A stretch of 64,000 nucleotides of DNA from Spirochaetia bacterium (GTDB lineage: Bacteria; Spirochaetota; Spirochaetia; SZUA-6; Bin103): assembly GCA_965203905.1 (NCBI GenBank), contig CBDBDQ010000005.1, forward strand, positions 1,344,001 through 1,408,000, given 5' to 3'. A program made the position numbers and the translations under genes. Below, piece by piece: positions 39,149-49,052 of this stretch (positions within the stretch are counted from its first letter, which is position 1; each line of letters begins with the position of its first letter). The notes beneath the pieces are model-generated. The model saw only the letters and a program-made list of their open reading frames with translations, did no database searches and had not been told where the DNA came from.

Positions 39149-40045
39149 ATGATGAGACACTTGCGCTTGGCACCGTGCGGGAGGCTGGCGCTCGCGGCCA
39201 TTCTCGTCGCAACGATCCTGGTCGCGTGCGGCCGTGGCGGCGGCATGCCCATGACCACCGATCCGGAGCCGGACCCCGAACCGGCACCTACCCTGGTAGG
39301 GACGTGGCGCACGACCGAGGCCTGGACCGACTACGAGACGGGGGAGGCCAGGACCTCGGTCACCCTGCTGACGTTCATCGGCGGGCGAGCCATCGCGGCG
39401 GAGACCGCGTTCGACCAGCACGGCAACCGCCTGTGGAGCGGGGCCTCCGCAAGCGGCTGGGAGGCGACCGAGACCACGGTTACCCGGCTGTGGTTCGAGG
39501 ACGTCACCTTCGATGGCGACGAGTACGCCCCGGTTCACGGCAGGGTCGAGAAAGCCTACTACTGGGGCAACGACGAGCGCAGCGTGGTGCTCATGCATGC
39601 GTGGTATTGGACTGACGAGTCCTCGACGTTCCTCCGCTATGAGCGGGTGCCGGACGCGATGCCGGACCTGGTCGGCCGCTGGACCAGCACCGAGCCCAGC
39701 CCGGGGAGCACCCTGACGGTAGGGGCGGACGGCTCCGTGGTGTTCGACGAGCCTGGATATCTAGTAGTCGACGAGGATGGCACGGAGGTAGAGGTGACTT
39801 TCCGTCTGGCCGGCACCGGTGCGTTCGATCCCGCCACCGGCTTCCTGACCCTGACGGACGCTACCTTGTCGTCGCTGAACGGGGCGGTCGGACCGGACGA
39901 TCATAGCCATCCCCTGGAGGACGGGACCCGCCTGGCGGTGGCTCCGGCCGTAGACGGCATCGTGCTATCGAACTACTGGGACGAGACAATCGGGGAAGAC
40001 GCTCCGTACGGAGCTTACTGGACACACCTGGCGCGCGCCGAATAG
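39149..40045 (+). CDS. Lipoprotein, distant paralogue of the array lipoproteins (two lipocalin-like GxW repeats, no Ig domain)
   Basis: Lipobox LVAC. LVGTWR..TLLTF..TVTRLW..EKAYYW..RYERVP..LVGRW..TLTVGADG..LTLTDA..YGAYW parallels the array proteins. Confidence 0.75.
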   Translation: MMRHLRLAPCGRLALAAILVATILVACGRGGGMPMTTDPEPDPEPAPTLVGTWRTTEAWTDYETGEARTSVTLLTFIGGRAIAAETAFDQHGNRLWSGASASGWEATETTVTRLWFEDVTFDGDEYAPVHGRVEKAYYWGNDERSVVLMHAWYWTDESSTFLRYERVPDAMPDLVGRWTSTEPSPGSTLTVGADGSVVFDEPGYLVVDEDGTEVEVTFRLAGTGAFDPATGFLTLTDATLSSLNGAVGPDDHSHPLEDGTRLAVAPAVDGIVLSNYWDETIGEDAPYGAYWTHLARAE

Positions 40046-40046
40046 G

Positions 40047-41051
40047 TCAGCCAACCAGGCGCTGCAGGGCATGGAGCTGGTCGTCGGTGCCCAGCACGAT
40101 CAGCACGTTGCGGGCCTGGATCGGGGTGCTCTCCAGGGTGGCGGATTCGGAGGTGTTCACCCACTGGCCGCCGGAGCGCTGGATGGCCATCACGGTGGCG
40201 CCGGTGGCGTCGCTCAGCGCCGCTTCCCGGATCGACTTGCCGATCAGCGGCGAGTGCTCCGGCACCAGCACCTCCTCGAGTTGCAGGCCGGTGCGCTCCA
40301 GGTGCGCAACGTCGATGAAGTCCGCCACCGTCGGCCGCAGCAGTGCCGACGCCATGCCGTGGCCGGCGATGCGATAGGGTGACACCACCCGGTCGGCGCC
40401 CGCCAGCCGCAGCTTGTGGATCGAGCGCTGCTCGGTGGCCTGGGTGATGATGGTCAGCTTCGGGTTGAGCTGACGCGCGCTCAGCACCACGAACAGGTTG
40501 GCGTCGTCTTCCCGCAGCGCCGACACCAGTCCGGCGGCGCGCTCGATGCCGGCGGCCTGCAGCGCCTCGTCGTTGCCCGCGTCGCCCTGCACGAACAGCG
40601 CGTCTCGGATCGCGGCGATCTCGCACTCCTCCGGTTCCAGCTCCACCACCACGAAGGGGGCGTGCGAGCGGCTGAACTCCTCCGCCACCCCGCGCCCGAA
40701 CCTGCCGCCGCCACAGATGATGTAGTGGTCGCGAAGCCTGCGAATCGCCCGTTCCATGCGCCTCCTCCTGAAGTCCTGCACCAGGTGTCCCTCGGCCAGG
40801 TAGGCGCCGATGGAGGTCGCCGAGTAGCCGAGGGCCGCCACCGCCAGCACGATGACCGCCACCGCCAGCGCGCGCCCGTGGGCGGAGAGTGGGCGTACCT
40901 CGCCGTAGCCGACCGTGGACACGGTGATCACCGCCATGTAGAGACTTTCGCCCAGCGTCCATCCCTCGACCAGCATGAATCCGGCCGTGGCCCCGAGGGC
41001 GATGCCGGAGAGCGCGACGATGGCGAGGATGATGCGGGTCTGGGCAGTCAT
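40047..41051 (-). CDS. 2-TM potassium channel with RCK (TrkA-N/TrkA-C) domains
   Basis: Filter TVSTVGYG, HYIICGGGRFG, QGDA and AGADRVVSPY. Confidence 0.93.
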   Translation of the reverse strand: MTAQTRIILAIVALSGIALGATAGFMLVEGWTLGESLYMAVITVSTVGYGEVRPLSAHGRALAVAVIVLAVAALGYSATSIGAYLAEGHLVQDFRRRRMERAIRRLRDHYIICGGGRFGRGVAEEFSRSHAPFVVVELEPEECEIAAIRDALFVQGDAGNDEALQAAGIERAAGLVSALREDDANLFVVLSARQLNPKLTIITQATEQRSIHKLRLAGADRVVSPYRIAGHGMASALLRPTVADFIDVAHLERTGLQLEEVLVPEHSPLIGKSIREAALSDATGATVMAIQRSGGQWVNTSESATLESTPIQARNVLIVLGTDDQLHALQRLVG

Positions 41052-41296
41052 GGAGCGGTGGTCTATTCAGATGATCGACCCCCACCGCGCGCCGGCTGAG
41101 CCGGCAGCCGCCGATGCGCCAGCCCCCCGATCCGCCAGCCGTCGCCGTCACCGGGCACCGCGACACTCACCCGCCAGGTGCGCCGCGGGCACGCGTTCGC
41201 CGCGCTCGCCTTCAATCGCCGCAATCGCCGCAATCGCCGCAGTCGCCGGCAGAGCTTGACGACCACCGGGTTGCATTCGTATGTTCCGCCGCTCGC

Positions 41297-42349
41297 ATGG
41301 CATTCGAAGCACGAGTCTACGCGCTGCGCATCGAGCAGCATCCCAACGCCGACCGCCTGGAACTGGCGGCGATCGGCGGATTCCGCTGCGTCGTCGGCAA
41401 GGGCAGCTTCGCCGACGGCGACCTGGCCGCCTACGTCCCGGAAGGCGCGGTCTGTCCTGACTGGCTGATCGCCGAGCTGGGCCTGGAAGGCAAGCTGGCC
41501 GGCAGCAGGAAGAACCGCGTCAAGGCGGTGCAACTGCGCGGCGCGCTGTCGCAGGGACTGGTCTACCCGGTCCGTGACGGGATGATCCGCGGGCAGCAGG
41601 TGGCGGAGGGGGACGACGTCACCGAGCTGCTGGAGCTGGTCAAGTACGAGCCGCCGATCCCGATCTCGATGCAGGGCGAGGTGCGTGCAGCCCATGGCGC
41701 CACGCTCAAGTACGACATCGAGGACTTGAAGAAGTATCCCGAGGAGTTCCGCGACGGCGAGCCGGTGGTCATCACCGAGAAGCTGCACGGCACCTGGTGC
41801 TGCCTGGGATGGCACGCCGAGCACGGCCCGATCGTCACCTCCAAGGGGATGTCGGACAAGGGCCTGGTGCTGCTGCTGGACGATGCGAACCAAGGCAACC
41901 TGTACGTGCGCACCTGGAGGGCGCATCAGCAGGCGTTCGAGTCGGCGCGCTCCCGTCTCGCCGGCGATGGTGCGCCGTGCTACATCCTGGGCGAGGTGTA
42001 CGGCCGCGGCGTCCAGGACCTGCACTACGGCAAGTCGAATCCCGACTTCGCGGTGTTCGACGCCTACGTGGGCGAGCCGGGAACGGGCCGTTTCCTGAAC
42101 CCGGACGAGCTGGCGGAGTCCCTGAACGATCTGTTTCCGCTGGTGCCCGTGCTGTATCGGGGGCCGTTCAGCCTGGCGCAGCTCCAGGAACTGACCGACG
42201 GCGCTACCGCGCTGGGAGGCGGGCACGTACGCGAGGGCGTGGTCGTGAGACCGGCCGCCGAGCGCGTTTCGCACGAATTCGGCCGGGTGATCCTGAAGAG
42301 CGTCTCGGGAAAGTACCTGACGCGCAAGGGCGGAACCGAATTCAACTGA
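41297..42349 (+). CDS. ATP-dependent RNA ligase, DRB0094-like (Rnl2 family)
   Basis: N-terminal IEQHPNADRLE...LRGALSQGL module, motif I TEKLHGT, GEVYG, FAVFD, REGVVV and ILKSVS. Confidence 0.9.
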   Translation: MAFEARVYALRIEQHPNADRLELAAIGGFRCVVGKGSFADGDLAAYVPEGAVCPDWLIAELGLEGKLAGSRKNRVKAVQLRGALSQGLVYPVRDGMIRGQQVAEGDDVTELLELVKYEPPIPISMQGEVRAAHGATLKYDIEDLKKYPEEFRDGEPVVITEKLHGTWCCLGWHAEHGPIVTSKGMSDKGLVLLLDDANQGNLYVRTWRAHQQAFESARSRLAGDGAPCYILGEVYGRGVQDLHYGKSNPDFAVFDAYVGEPGTGRFLNPDELAESLNDLFPLVPVLYRGPFSLAQLQELTDGATALGGGHVREGVVVRPAAERVSHEFGRVILKSVSGKYLTRKGGTEFN

Positions 42350-42429
42350 CCTGCGCCGGCCACAGCCGGCGGCGATCGATCTCGTTGAGCCGCCTTGCCG
42401 GTGCCGCGGTGGCCCGGTAGGCTCGGCGC

Positions 42430-44463
42430 ATGTCCGAGTTCTCCTTCCCGCTGCGCACCATCCACCTCGACTTCCACACCGGACCCGACGTACCCGACGT
42501 GGGGTGCGACTTCGACCCCGACCGCTTCGCCCGCACCTTCAAGGAGGCCCACGTCGACAGCGTCACCGTGTTCGCCACCTGCCACCACGGACACGCCTAC
42601 TACCAGACCGACCACCCCTGCCGGCACCCCAACCTAGCCCCCGGCCTGGACCTGACCGGCTCCCAGATCGAGGCCCTGCACCGCGCCGGCCTGCGCGCGC
42701 CGATCTACATCACCGGCCAGGTGAACGAGTACGCCGCCGTCACCCATCCCGAGTGGGTGGCGATCGATCCGGACGGGCGCCGCGTCAAGCACCTGGGGCG
42801 CGACGTGCCGCCCGGGGAGTCGGCGCTGCACGCGGGCTGGCAGGTGCTGGACATGTCGAGCCCCTACCAGGAGTACTTGGCGCAGCAGATCGAGGAGATC
42901 CTGGACCGCTACCGGCCGGTGGACGGCATCTTCCTGGATATGTGCTGGGACCAGCCCAGCGTGTCGCGGTGGGCGGTGGAGGGGATGACGCGGCGCAACC
43001 TCGACCCGCGCCGGGCGCAGCACCGGGAGCGCTACGCGCGGCAGGTGGCGCTGGACTACATGCGCCGCTTCAGCGCCATGGTGGAGGCCGCGGGCACGGG
43101 CGCCGACCATCTCGGGATCTGGTTCAACTCGCGCCCCAAGACCAACCTGCACGTGGAGAAGCAGTTCCTGCGCCGGGTGGAGATCGAGGCCCTGCCCACC
43201 GGCGGCTGGGGCTACGCCTACTTCCCCTACGTGGCACGCTTCGTGCGCCCGCTGGGCCTGCCGACGCTCACCCACACCGGGCGCTTCTTCAAGAGCTGGG
43301 GCGACAACGCCGGTCTCAAGCCGCCGCCGGCGCTCAAGTACGAGTGCTGCCAGGTGCTGAGCCAGGGGATGACCGGGGGCATCGGCGACCTGCTGCACCC
43401 GCGCGGCGTGCCGCAGGCGGCGGTGTACGAGCTGATCGGCAACGCCTACGCCCACATCGAGGCGTGCGAGCCGTTCGTCGCCGGCGGCACCCTCCAGAGC
43501 CAGATCGCGCTGATCGTGGACCCGGAGCTGGGTGACGACCCCGGCGCCGCGGGACTGGGTGCCACCCGCGCGCTGCAGCAACTGCAGCAGCAGTTCGACA
43601 TCGTGGCCCCCGATGCGCCGCTGGACGCCTATGAGCTGGTGCTGGTGCCGGAGACCACCGCCGTGGACGAGGCGTTGCGCGAGGCGTTGCGCGGCTACCT
43701 GGCGCGGGGCGGGGCGCTGATCCTGTCAGGCGCGGCGGGATTCGCCGAGGGGCAGCCGCTGCTGCCGGAGCAGGGTATCGAGAGCTGCGGGCCGAGTCCC
43801 TTTTCCCACACCTTCCTGCGCCTGGCGCAGGCGGTCGCGGGCGGCATCGCGGAGTACGATCACGTCACCTACGAGAGCGGGCCGCGCATCAAGCCGGCGG
43901 CCGGCGCGGAATCGCTGGCGGGAGTGGTGGAGCCCTACTTCGAGCGCCATTTCGCGCGCTTCTCGGGGCACTCCTATACCGCCCCGGCGCAGCTCTCCCC
44001 CTGGTCGGCGGTGGTGCGCAACGGCCGGGTGATCACCTTCGCCTTTCCGATCCTCGGCACTTACGGGCGCCACGCGGTGCCGGTGCACCGTCGCCTGCTG
44101 GGCAACTGCATCAACCTGCTGCTGCCGGAGCCGCTGCTGCGCGCCGCGGACGCCCCATCGCTGCTGGAGACAACCGTGGTGCGCGCCGGGCCGCAGACCG
44201 TGGTGCACCTGCTGTGCTTCGCCCGCGAGCGGCGCACCGAGTCGTTCGACCACCGCCTCGGACGCACCACCGGGCTGGACATCGTGGAGGATGCCATCCC
44301 GCTGCTGGAGCAGCGGATCGCGGTCAAGCTGCCGGCGGCGCCGCGCCGCGCCGCGCTGCAGCCGCACGGGGTGGCGCTGCCGGTCGAGTACCGCGACGGC
44401 TACGCCGAGGTGCAGGTGACCCTGCCCGACGGACACGGCATGCTCGTGTTCGACGCGCAGTAA
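42430..44463 (+). CDS. GHL6-type glycoside hydrolase with beta-galactosidase trimerisation-like domain
   Basis: IHLDFHT, DSVTVFATCHHGHAYY, VDGIFLD, EALPTGGWGY and GRFFKSWGD. Confidence 0.8.
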   Translation: MSEFSFPLRTIHLDFHTGPDVPDVGCDFDPDRFARTFKEAHVDSVTVFATCHHGHAYYQTDHPCRHPNLAPGLDLTGSQIEALHRAGLRAPIYITGQVNEYAAVTHPEWVAIDPDGRRVKHLGRDVPPGESALHAGWQVLDMSSPYQEYLAQQIEEILDRYRPVDGIFLDMCWDQPSVSRWAVEGMTRRNLDPRRAQHRERYARQVALDYMRRFSAMVEAAGTGADHLGIWFNSRPKTNLHVEKQFLRRVEIEALPTGGWGYAYFPYVARFVRPLGLPTLTHTGRFFKSWGDNAGLKPPPALKYECCQVLSQGMTGGIGDLLHPRGVPQAAVYELIGNAYAHIEACEPFVAGGTLQSQIALIVDPELGDDPGAAGLGATRALQQLQQQFDIVAPDAPLDAYELVLVPETTAVDEALREALRGYLARGGALILSGAAGFAEGQPLLPEQGIESCGPSPFSHTFLRLAQAVAGGIAEYDHVTYESGPRIKPAAGAESLAGVVEPYFERHFARFSGHSYTAPAQLSPWSAVVRNGRVITFAFPILGTYGRHAVPVHRRLLGNCINLLLPEPLLRAADAPSLLETTVVRAGPQTVVHLLCFARERRTESFDHRLGRTTGLDIVEDAIPLLEQRIAVKLPAAPRRAALQPHGVALPVEYRDGYAEVQVTLPDGHGMLVFDAQ

Positions 44464-44473
44464 CCCGGGCGCC

Positions 44474-44953
44474 ATGACTCGTACCCGACGCATGGCGGCA
44501 GTGCTGGCGGCACTGCTGGGAATACTCTCCGCCGCTCCGGCGGCGCTGGCCGACGCCCCGCAGAGCGTGCTCGACGCCATCGGCAAGCGGAGCGCCAGCG
44601 ATGAGCTCAACTACCAGGTCTACCTGGACACGGACTGTTTCCTGGACCGACAAAAGGTGGCTGAAGCGATCGAGGACATCGTGGCCCGGAGCCTGATCAC
44701 ACCATTGAAGCGGCTGGCGCCGGCCGGGGAGGTCACCCTGATCGTGACCGTGGACTGCACCCTGCCCGCCACCAGCAGCAGCCTGGGAGCGTTCAGTCTC
44801 GAAGTGGCCTACCTGGCCCTGGTCGACGGGGCGATGTGGAAGCTGGACTGGGAGTACGGATCGCTGGGGATCGGCCGCCGCGAGTTCATCCTCGGCGAAA
44901 TCGAGGAACAGGTCGAAGACGCCCTGTTGGACTTCATCAGGGCGCACAGTTGA
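44474..44953 (+). CDS. Exported hypothetical protein
   Basis: Signal peptide ..LSAAPAALA-D, in an operon-like position. Confidence 0.65.
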   Translation: MTRTRRMAAVLAALLGILSAAPAALADAPQSVLDAIGKRSASDELNYQVYLDTDCFLDRQKVAEAIEDIVARSLITPLKRLAPAGEVTLIVTVDCTLPATSSSLGAFSLEVAYLALVDGAMWKLDWEYGSLGIGRREFILGEIEEQVEDALLDFIRAHS

Positions 44954-44957
44954 CGGG

Positions 44958-46022
44958 GTGGAGACGACGGTCGACGGGGCCATCTACCAGCTGAACCTGC
45001 CACCGCGGACGTTCATCCGCGTCGGCCATGCCGAGCTGCGGCGCTTCGCGGCGGCGCTGGCGCGCGGCGCCGGGCTGGTCGCGGAGCGGGCGGAGCTGCT
45101 GGCCGAGCTGCTGGTGGCGAACGACCTGCGCGGCGTGTTCAGCCACGGCACGCGCCAGCTCGCCAACTACGTGCCGGCGTTGCGGGCCGGCGCGCTCAAC
45201 CCCGATCCGCGGGTCACGGTGCTGCGCGAAGCGCCGGCCAGCCTGGTGCTGGACGGCGACGGCGGACTGGGCTACTTCCCGGCCCACGAGGGCACGCTGC
45301 GCGCCATCGGCAAGGCGCGCGAGCTGGGCGTGTGCGTGCTGCAGACCCGCAACCACGGTCACATCGGCGCCGCCGGCATCTACGCGCGCCTGCCGCTGGA
45401 GCACGACATGGTGGCCCTCGTCACCTCCGCCGCCGCGCTCGACCTGCGCCCGGGCCAGCCGGTCTACACGCCGGCGATCGGCTCCCCACTCGCGTTCAGC
45501 GCGCCCGCGGGCGCGGCGGCGCCGCTGGTGGTGGACTTCGCGCCGGTCTACGACCTGCGCATCTCGCCGCGCTGGGCGGAGCTGGCGGAGTGGATCCCGG
45601 GCACCATCTTCCGCTGCATCGGCCTCGGCACCGTCGCCCAGGTGTGGGGCGGACTGCTGGCCGGCCTGCCGGCCGCCGGCGGCCAGAAGCGCCCGCGCCG
45701 CTACCGGGACGCGGGGCAGAGCGCCCTGGTCGTCCTGTTCCGCATCGACCTGTTCCTGGAGCCGGCCGAGTTTCGCGCCCAGATGGACCTGCTGGCGCGG
45801 CAGCTCAAGGAGCTGGCGCCGCTGGAGGGCTTCGACCGCGCCAGCTACGCCGGCGACATCGAGCGGCAGCGGGAACGGGAGTTCCGCCGGCTCGGGATCC
45901 CGCTGGGTCCGGAGCACCGGCGCGAGCTGGAGGGCGTCGCCCGGGAACTGGGAATCGCCGTGCCCTGGAGCGGCGCCGGGCCGCGGGAGGCGAGTCGCGC
46001 CGACCCAGGGACCGGCCGCTGA
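44958..46022 (+). CDS. Ldh_2 (malate/L-lactate/L-sulfolactate dehydrogenase type 2) family oxidoreductase
   Basis: NDLRGVFSHG, LDGDGGLG, AIGKARELGV, NHGHIGAAG and FRIDLF. Confidence 0.88.
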   Translation: METTVDGAIYQLNLPPRTFIRVGHAELRRFAAALARGAGLVAERAELLAELLVANDLRGVFSHGTRQLANYVPALRAGALNPDPRVTVLREAPASLVLDGDGGLGYFPAHEGTLRAIGKARELGVCVLQTRNHGHIGAAGIYARLPLEHDMVALVTSAAALDLRPGQPVYTPAIGSPLAFSAPAGAAAPLVVDFAPVYDLRISPRWAELAEWIPGTIFRCIGLGTVAQVWGGLLAGLPAAGGQKRPRRYRDAGQSALVVLFRIDLFLEPAEFRAQMDLLARQLKELAPLEGFDRASYAGDIERQREREFRRLGIPLGPEHRRELEGVARELGIAVPWSGAGPREASRADPGTGR

Positions 46023-46065
46023 ATCCGAAGCGGGTTACTGTTTTGCGCGAAAGTAAAGGGACTTC

Positions 46066-46611
46066 TTACTCCGTCGCCGCTGGCAGATCCGGCGAGTCGG
46101 CTTCCGCATGCGATGACTCGCGTCGGCGTTTGCTGCGCCTTCCCGCAATGAATACCGACACCACCGCAGCCAGAGGCCCCAACGAGGCACCGAGCCCTAT
46201 GATAGGATAGCCTTTGGTGATCAGGTACGTGCTACAGGCCAATACGGCAAGGACGATTGTAAGTCCAATCCACCTGCCCTGAGTCTCGCCACTGATCCGA
46301 GCCTTGGAAGAATCGCTCTCGATCTTGTGCCGATGGGCTTGCTGATCTTCGGCCATTCGGAGCAGGCGCTCCGCAAAGTCGGGCTGTATCTCGTTGTACT
46401 GCTTGATGATCGCCGGATGGGGTAGTGGTCCGCTATAGGTCTCCGAGACCTGGACTACCCGCTGTGAAGTACCCTTCCGAGCGTCACCTGTTGGTGGCTG
46501 GTCAGTGGCGATGCCGCTCTGGGGAGCGGCGTCCGCCTGGGACTCTGGGTCGTTTTCGAGTTGAAGTTCCTTTTGGACCTTCTTCCGGTTCCGAGTTCGC
46601 GGTGTGCTCAC
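46066..46611 (-). CDS. DUF2335-type membrane protein
   Basis: YSGPLPHPAIIKQYNEIQPDFAERLLRMAEDQQAHRH plus 2 TM helices. The GTG start overlaps the stop of the upstream ORF (GTGA). Confidence 0.8.
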   Translation of the reverse strand: MSTPRTRNRKKVQKELQLENDPESQADAAPQSGIATDQPPTGDARKGTSQRVVQVSETYSGPLPHPAIIKQYNEIQPDFAERLLRMAEDQQAHRHKIESDSSKARISGETQGRWIGLTIVLAVLACSTYLITKGYPIIGLGASLGPLAAVVSVFIAGRRSKRRRESSHAEADSPDLPAATE

Positions 46612-46907
46612 TCGAAGGATAGAAGCAGCTGCCCGTCCGGTGCCGAGTAGAGGTCTTTGGGAAGCTCTGGCAGAGAAGGGTCCTCTGCTACCGCTTCGTT
46701 CAGAGCATCGACAACGAAACCACCGACAGCGACCCACGGACTCTCGCTTGTCCTTGGCTCTTCCAACCGAGAGGGACTGAATAAGCTCCAGCACGGAGGG
46801 TCGTCAGGCCACCCTTGGCCTATGAGCGGGGCCACTACCGAAGAAGCGCCAGACAAGAAACAGTCGAGCTTGGACGTACCCGGACTACGGAACGTCTCTG
46901 TCGTCAT
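46608..46907 (-). CDS. Small hypothetical protein coupled to the DUF2335 gene
   Basis: 99-aa ORF with GTGA overlap and the same lower-GC composition. Confidence 0.55.
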   Translation of the reverse strand: MTTETFRSPGTSKLDCFLSGASSVVAPLIGQGWPDDPPCWSLFSPSRLEEPRTSESPWVAVGGFVVDALNEAVAEDPSLPELPKDLYSAPDGQLLLSFE

Positions 46908-47067
46908 AACTCGTAAATACCATCGCTAGGTGCCGCTGTCAACAGCTTCGTCATTAGGGCCATCATTGCAGCCGGCCGGGCTTCGCGCTGATACTGAGCG
47001 CGCCGCCAGTGCCACGGATCGCGTGAATGAATACAGAGACCCAGTTATCTCACTCCGGCTGCGCATG

Positions 47068-48864
47068 TTATTCGCGCTCCAACAGGTTACTGGACGCCGG
47101 CGCGTCCGCCGGTCGGACCGTGACGTAGTAGGAGCCGATGGTGCGCTCGACGCGGTCGTGGAACGCCGCCGAGAGCCGATCCGGGCCGGCCTGGAGTGAC
47201 ACCTCGAACACCGCGGCGGTTTCGCCGGACGGGGTCTCCAGGTGGTGGCTGCTGCCGCCCACCGTCAGTGCGGCCCAGCCGATCGGCAGCGCCACGCCGC
47301 CCGAGTAGTGCGCCGCGTGCTGCTCCTGGATGGCGTCGCGGCGCCACTCCACGTCGTCGCCGTCGATGCCGGCGTCCAGGGCGTAGCCGGCGTCCTCCGG
47401 CCAGCGCCGCAACTCGATGCGGTAGCGGCCGGCGCGGCGCACGTCGATCGCCCAGTAACCGCCGGCGACGTGGCCCTGCCGCACCTGGGCCTGGTTCCAG
47501 GCGCCGTTGCACGCCTCGTTGCGCAGGTCGTGGGTGGTGAGCCGCACGGGTTCGGCGTCGCCGCCGATCACGATCGGGATGTCGCGGTCGAACTGCGCGG
47601 AGACCAGCTCCCACCACTTCTCGTAGCCGGCGCGCAGCTCGGCCACCACCTCCGGATGGTCGGCTGCAATGTCGTTGCGCTGTCCCGGGTCGTCGCCGAG
47701 ATGGTACAGCTCGCGCCCGTGCAGCAGCCGCCAGGGGCCGCGCATCACCGAGCTCAGGCGCCACTTCGCGGGGTTGGCGATGCGCTGGGTGTCGGCCACC
47801 ATGACGCGCTGCGCCCAGGTGCCGTCGTCCTCGCCGCGTACCAGCGGAGTCAGGCTGCGGCCGTGGAACGAGCGTTGCGGCGGCGGCGTGACGCCGCACA
47901 GGTCCAGGATCGTCGGCATGAAGTCCACGTAGCTGGTGAGCTGCTCGACGTCGCGGCCGCCACGGGCGTCGCCGCCCGGGTAGCGCAGGAGAAAGGGGAC
48001 CCGGTGCCCGCCCTCGTAAGGTGAGCCCTTCTTGCCGCGCATGCCGGCGTTGAAGCTGCCCGGCCCTTCCTGCGGGAAGCCGTCCTCGTCCAGCTCCACC
48101 CCCGTGGCGGTGCCGTTGTCGGTCATGAACACCACGATGGTGTCGTCGGCCAGGCCCAGCTCGTCGAGCCGGCGCAGCAGCAGACCGAAGTTCTCGTCGA
48201 TGTTGGTGATCATGCCGTAGAAGCGGGCGCGGTCCTCGTGCGGGGTGGTGTCGGCATAGGCCGCGGCGTAGTGCGGCTCGACGTTGAGCGGGCCGTGCGG
48301 AGCGTTGGTGGAGATGTGGCAGTAGAACGGCTGGTCGCGGTGCTCCTCGATGAAGCGCAGGCCCTCGCGGAAGAACACGTCGGTGCAGTATCCCTCGAAC
48401 TTGCGCGGTTCGCCGTTCACGTAGTAGGTGTCGTCAAAATAATCGTTGCCCCAGGGGTCGCCGATGTTGCCGATGCCGCCGCCGTTGTGGTAGACGGCGC
48501 GCTCGAAGCCGCGCTCGTGGGGGCGGAACGGCTGGCTGTCGCCCAGGTGCCACTTGCCGAACTGGCCGGTGCGGTAGCCCGCCTCGCGCAGGGCGTCGGC
48601 CAGGGTCCACTCGTCCTCGCGCAGCAGCGACCGGCCGCCGATCGTGTGCCACACCCCGGCGCTGTTGCAGAAGTGGCCGGTCAGCAGGCCGGCGCGGGTC
48701 GGGGCGCAGGTGGTGCCGACGTGAAAGTCGGTGAACCGCACCGCCTCGCCGTGGAACCGGTCCAGGCTGGGGGTGTTGATGACGCCGTTGCCGTGACAGC
48801 CCAGGTCGCCGTAGCCCTGGTCGTCGGTAAGAACAAATACGAAGTTCGGTCGCGCTCTTGCCAT
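47068..48864 (-). CDS. Arylsulfatase (formylglycine-dependent)
   Basis: RPNFVFVLTDDQGYGD, CAPTRAGLLTG (CxPxR), GKWHLG, TDNG and YEGGHRVP. Confidence 0.95.
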   Translation of the reverse strand: MARARPNFVFVLTDDQGYGDLGCHGNGVINTPSLDRFHGEAVRFTDFHVGTTCAPTRAGLLTGHFCNSAGVWHTIGGRSLLREDEWTLADALREAGYRTGQFGKWHLGDSQPFRPHERGFERAVYHNGGGIGNIGDPWGNDYFDDTYYVNGEPRKFEGYCTDVFFREGLRFIEEHRDQPFYCHISTNAPHGPLNVEPHYAAAYADTTPHEDRARFYGMITNIDENFGLLLRRLDELGLADDTIVVFMTDNGTATGVELDEDGFPQEGPGSFNAGMRGKKGSPYEGGHRVPFLLRYPGGDARGGRDVEQLTSYVDFMPTILDLCGVTPPPQRSFHGRSLTPLVRGEDDGTWAQRVMVADTQRIANPAKWRLSSVMRGPWRLLHGRELYHLGDDPGQRNDIAADHPEVVAELRAGYEKWWELVSAQFDRDIPIVIGGDAEPVRLTTHDLRNEACNGAWNQAQVRQGHVAGGYWAIDVRRAGRYRIELRRWPEDAGYALDAGIDGDDVEWRRDAIQEQHAAHYSGGVALPIGWAALTVGGSSHHLETPSGETAAVFEVSLQAGPDRLSAAFHDRVERTIGSYYVTVRPADAPASSNLLERE

Positions 48865-48980
48865 TTCGCGATCAAGCTTATCATTCTCCCGTGCCCGCGT
48901 CGCGCCGGCTGCCAAAAGAATCCCTCGTCAACGGTCGCCTCATCGGCGTCACTCCTACGTACTCCCCAAAAAAAAGGAAT

Positions 48981-48998
48981 CCTGCTAATTCTGGTAGG
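48981..48998. promoter_or_regulatory. Degenerate copy of the array palindrome upstream of the regulator (CCTGCTAATTCTGGTAGG, followed by GACTC)
   Basis: 15/18 match to CCTACCAATCCTGGTAGG, with the same 3' flank GACTC as four of the five array copies. Confidence 0.7.
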
Positions 48999-49052
48999 GA
49001 CTCAGATCGCAATCCACGGCAGTAAAGTAGCGCTGCAGCAGGCAGAGTCATC

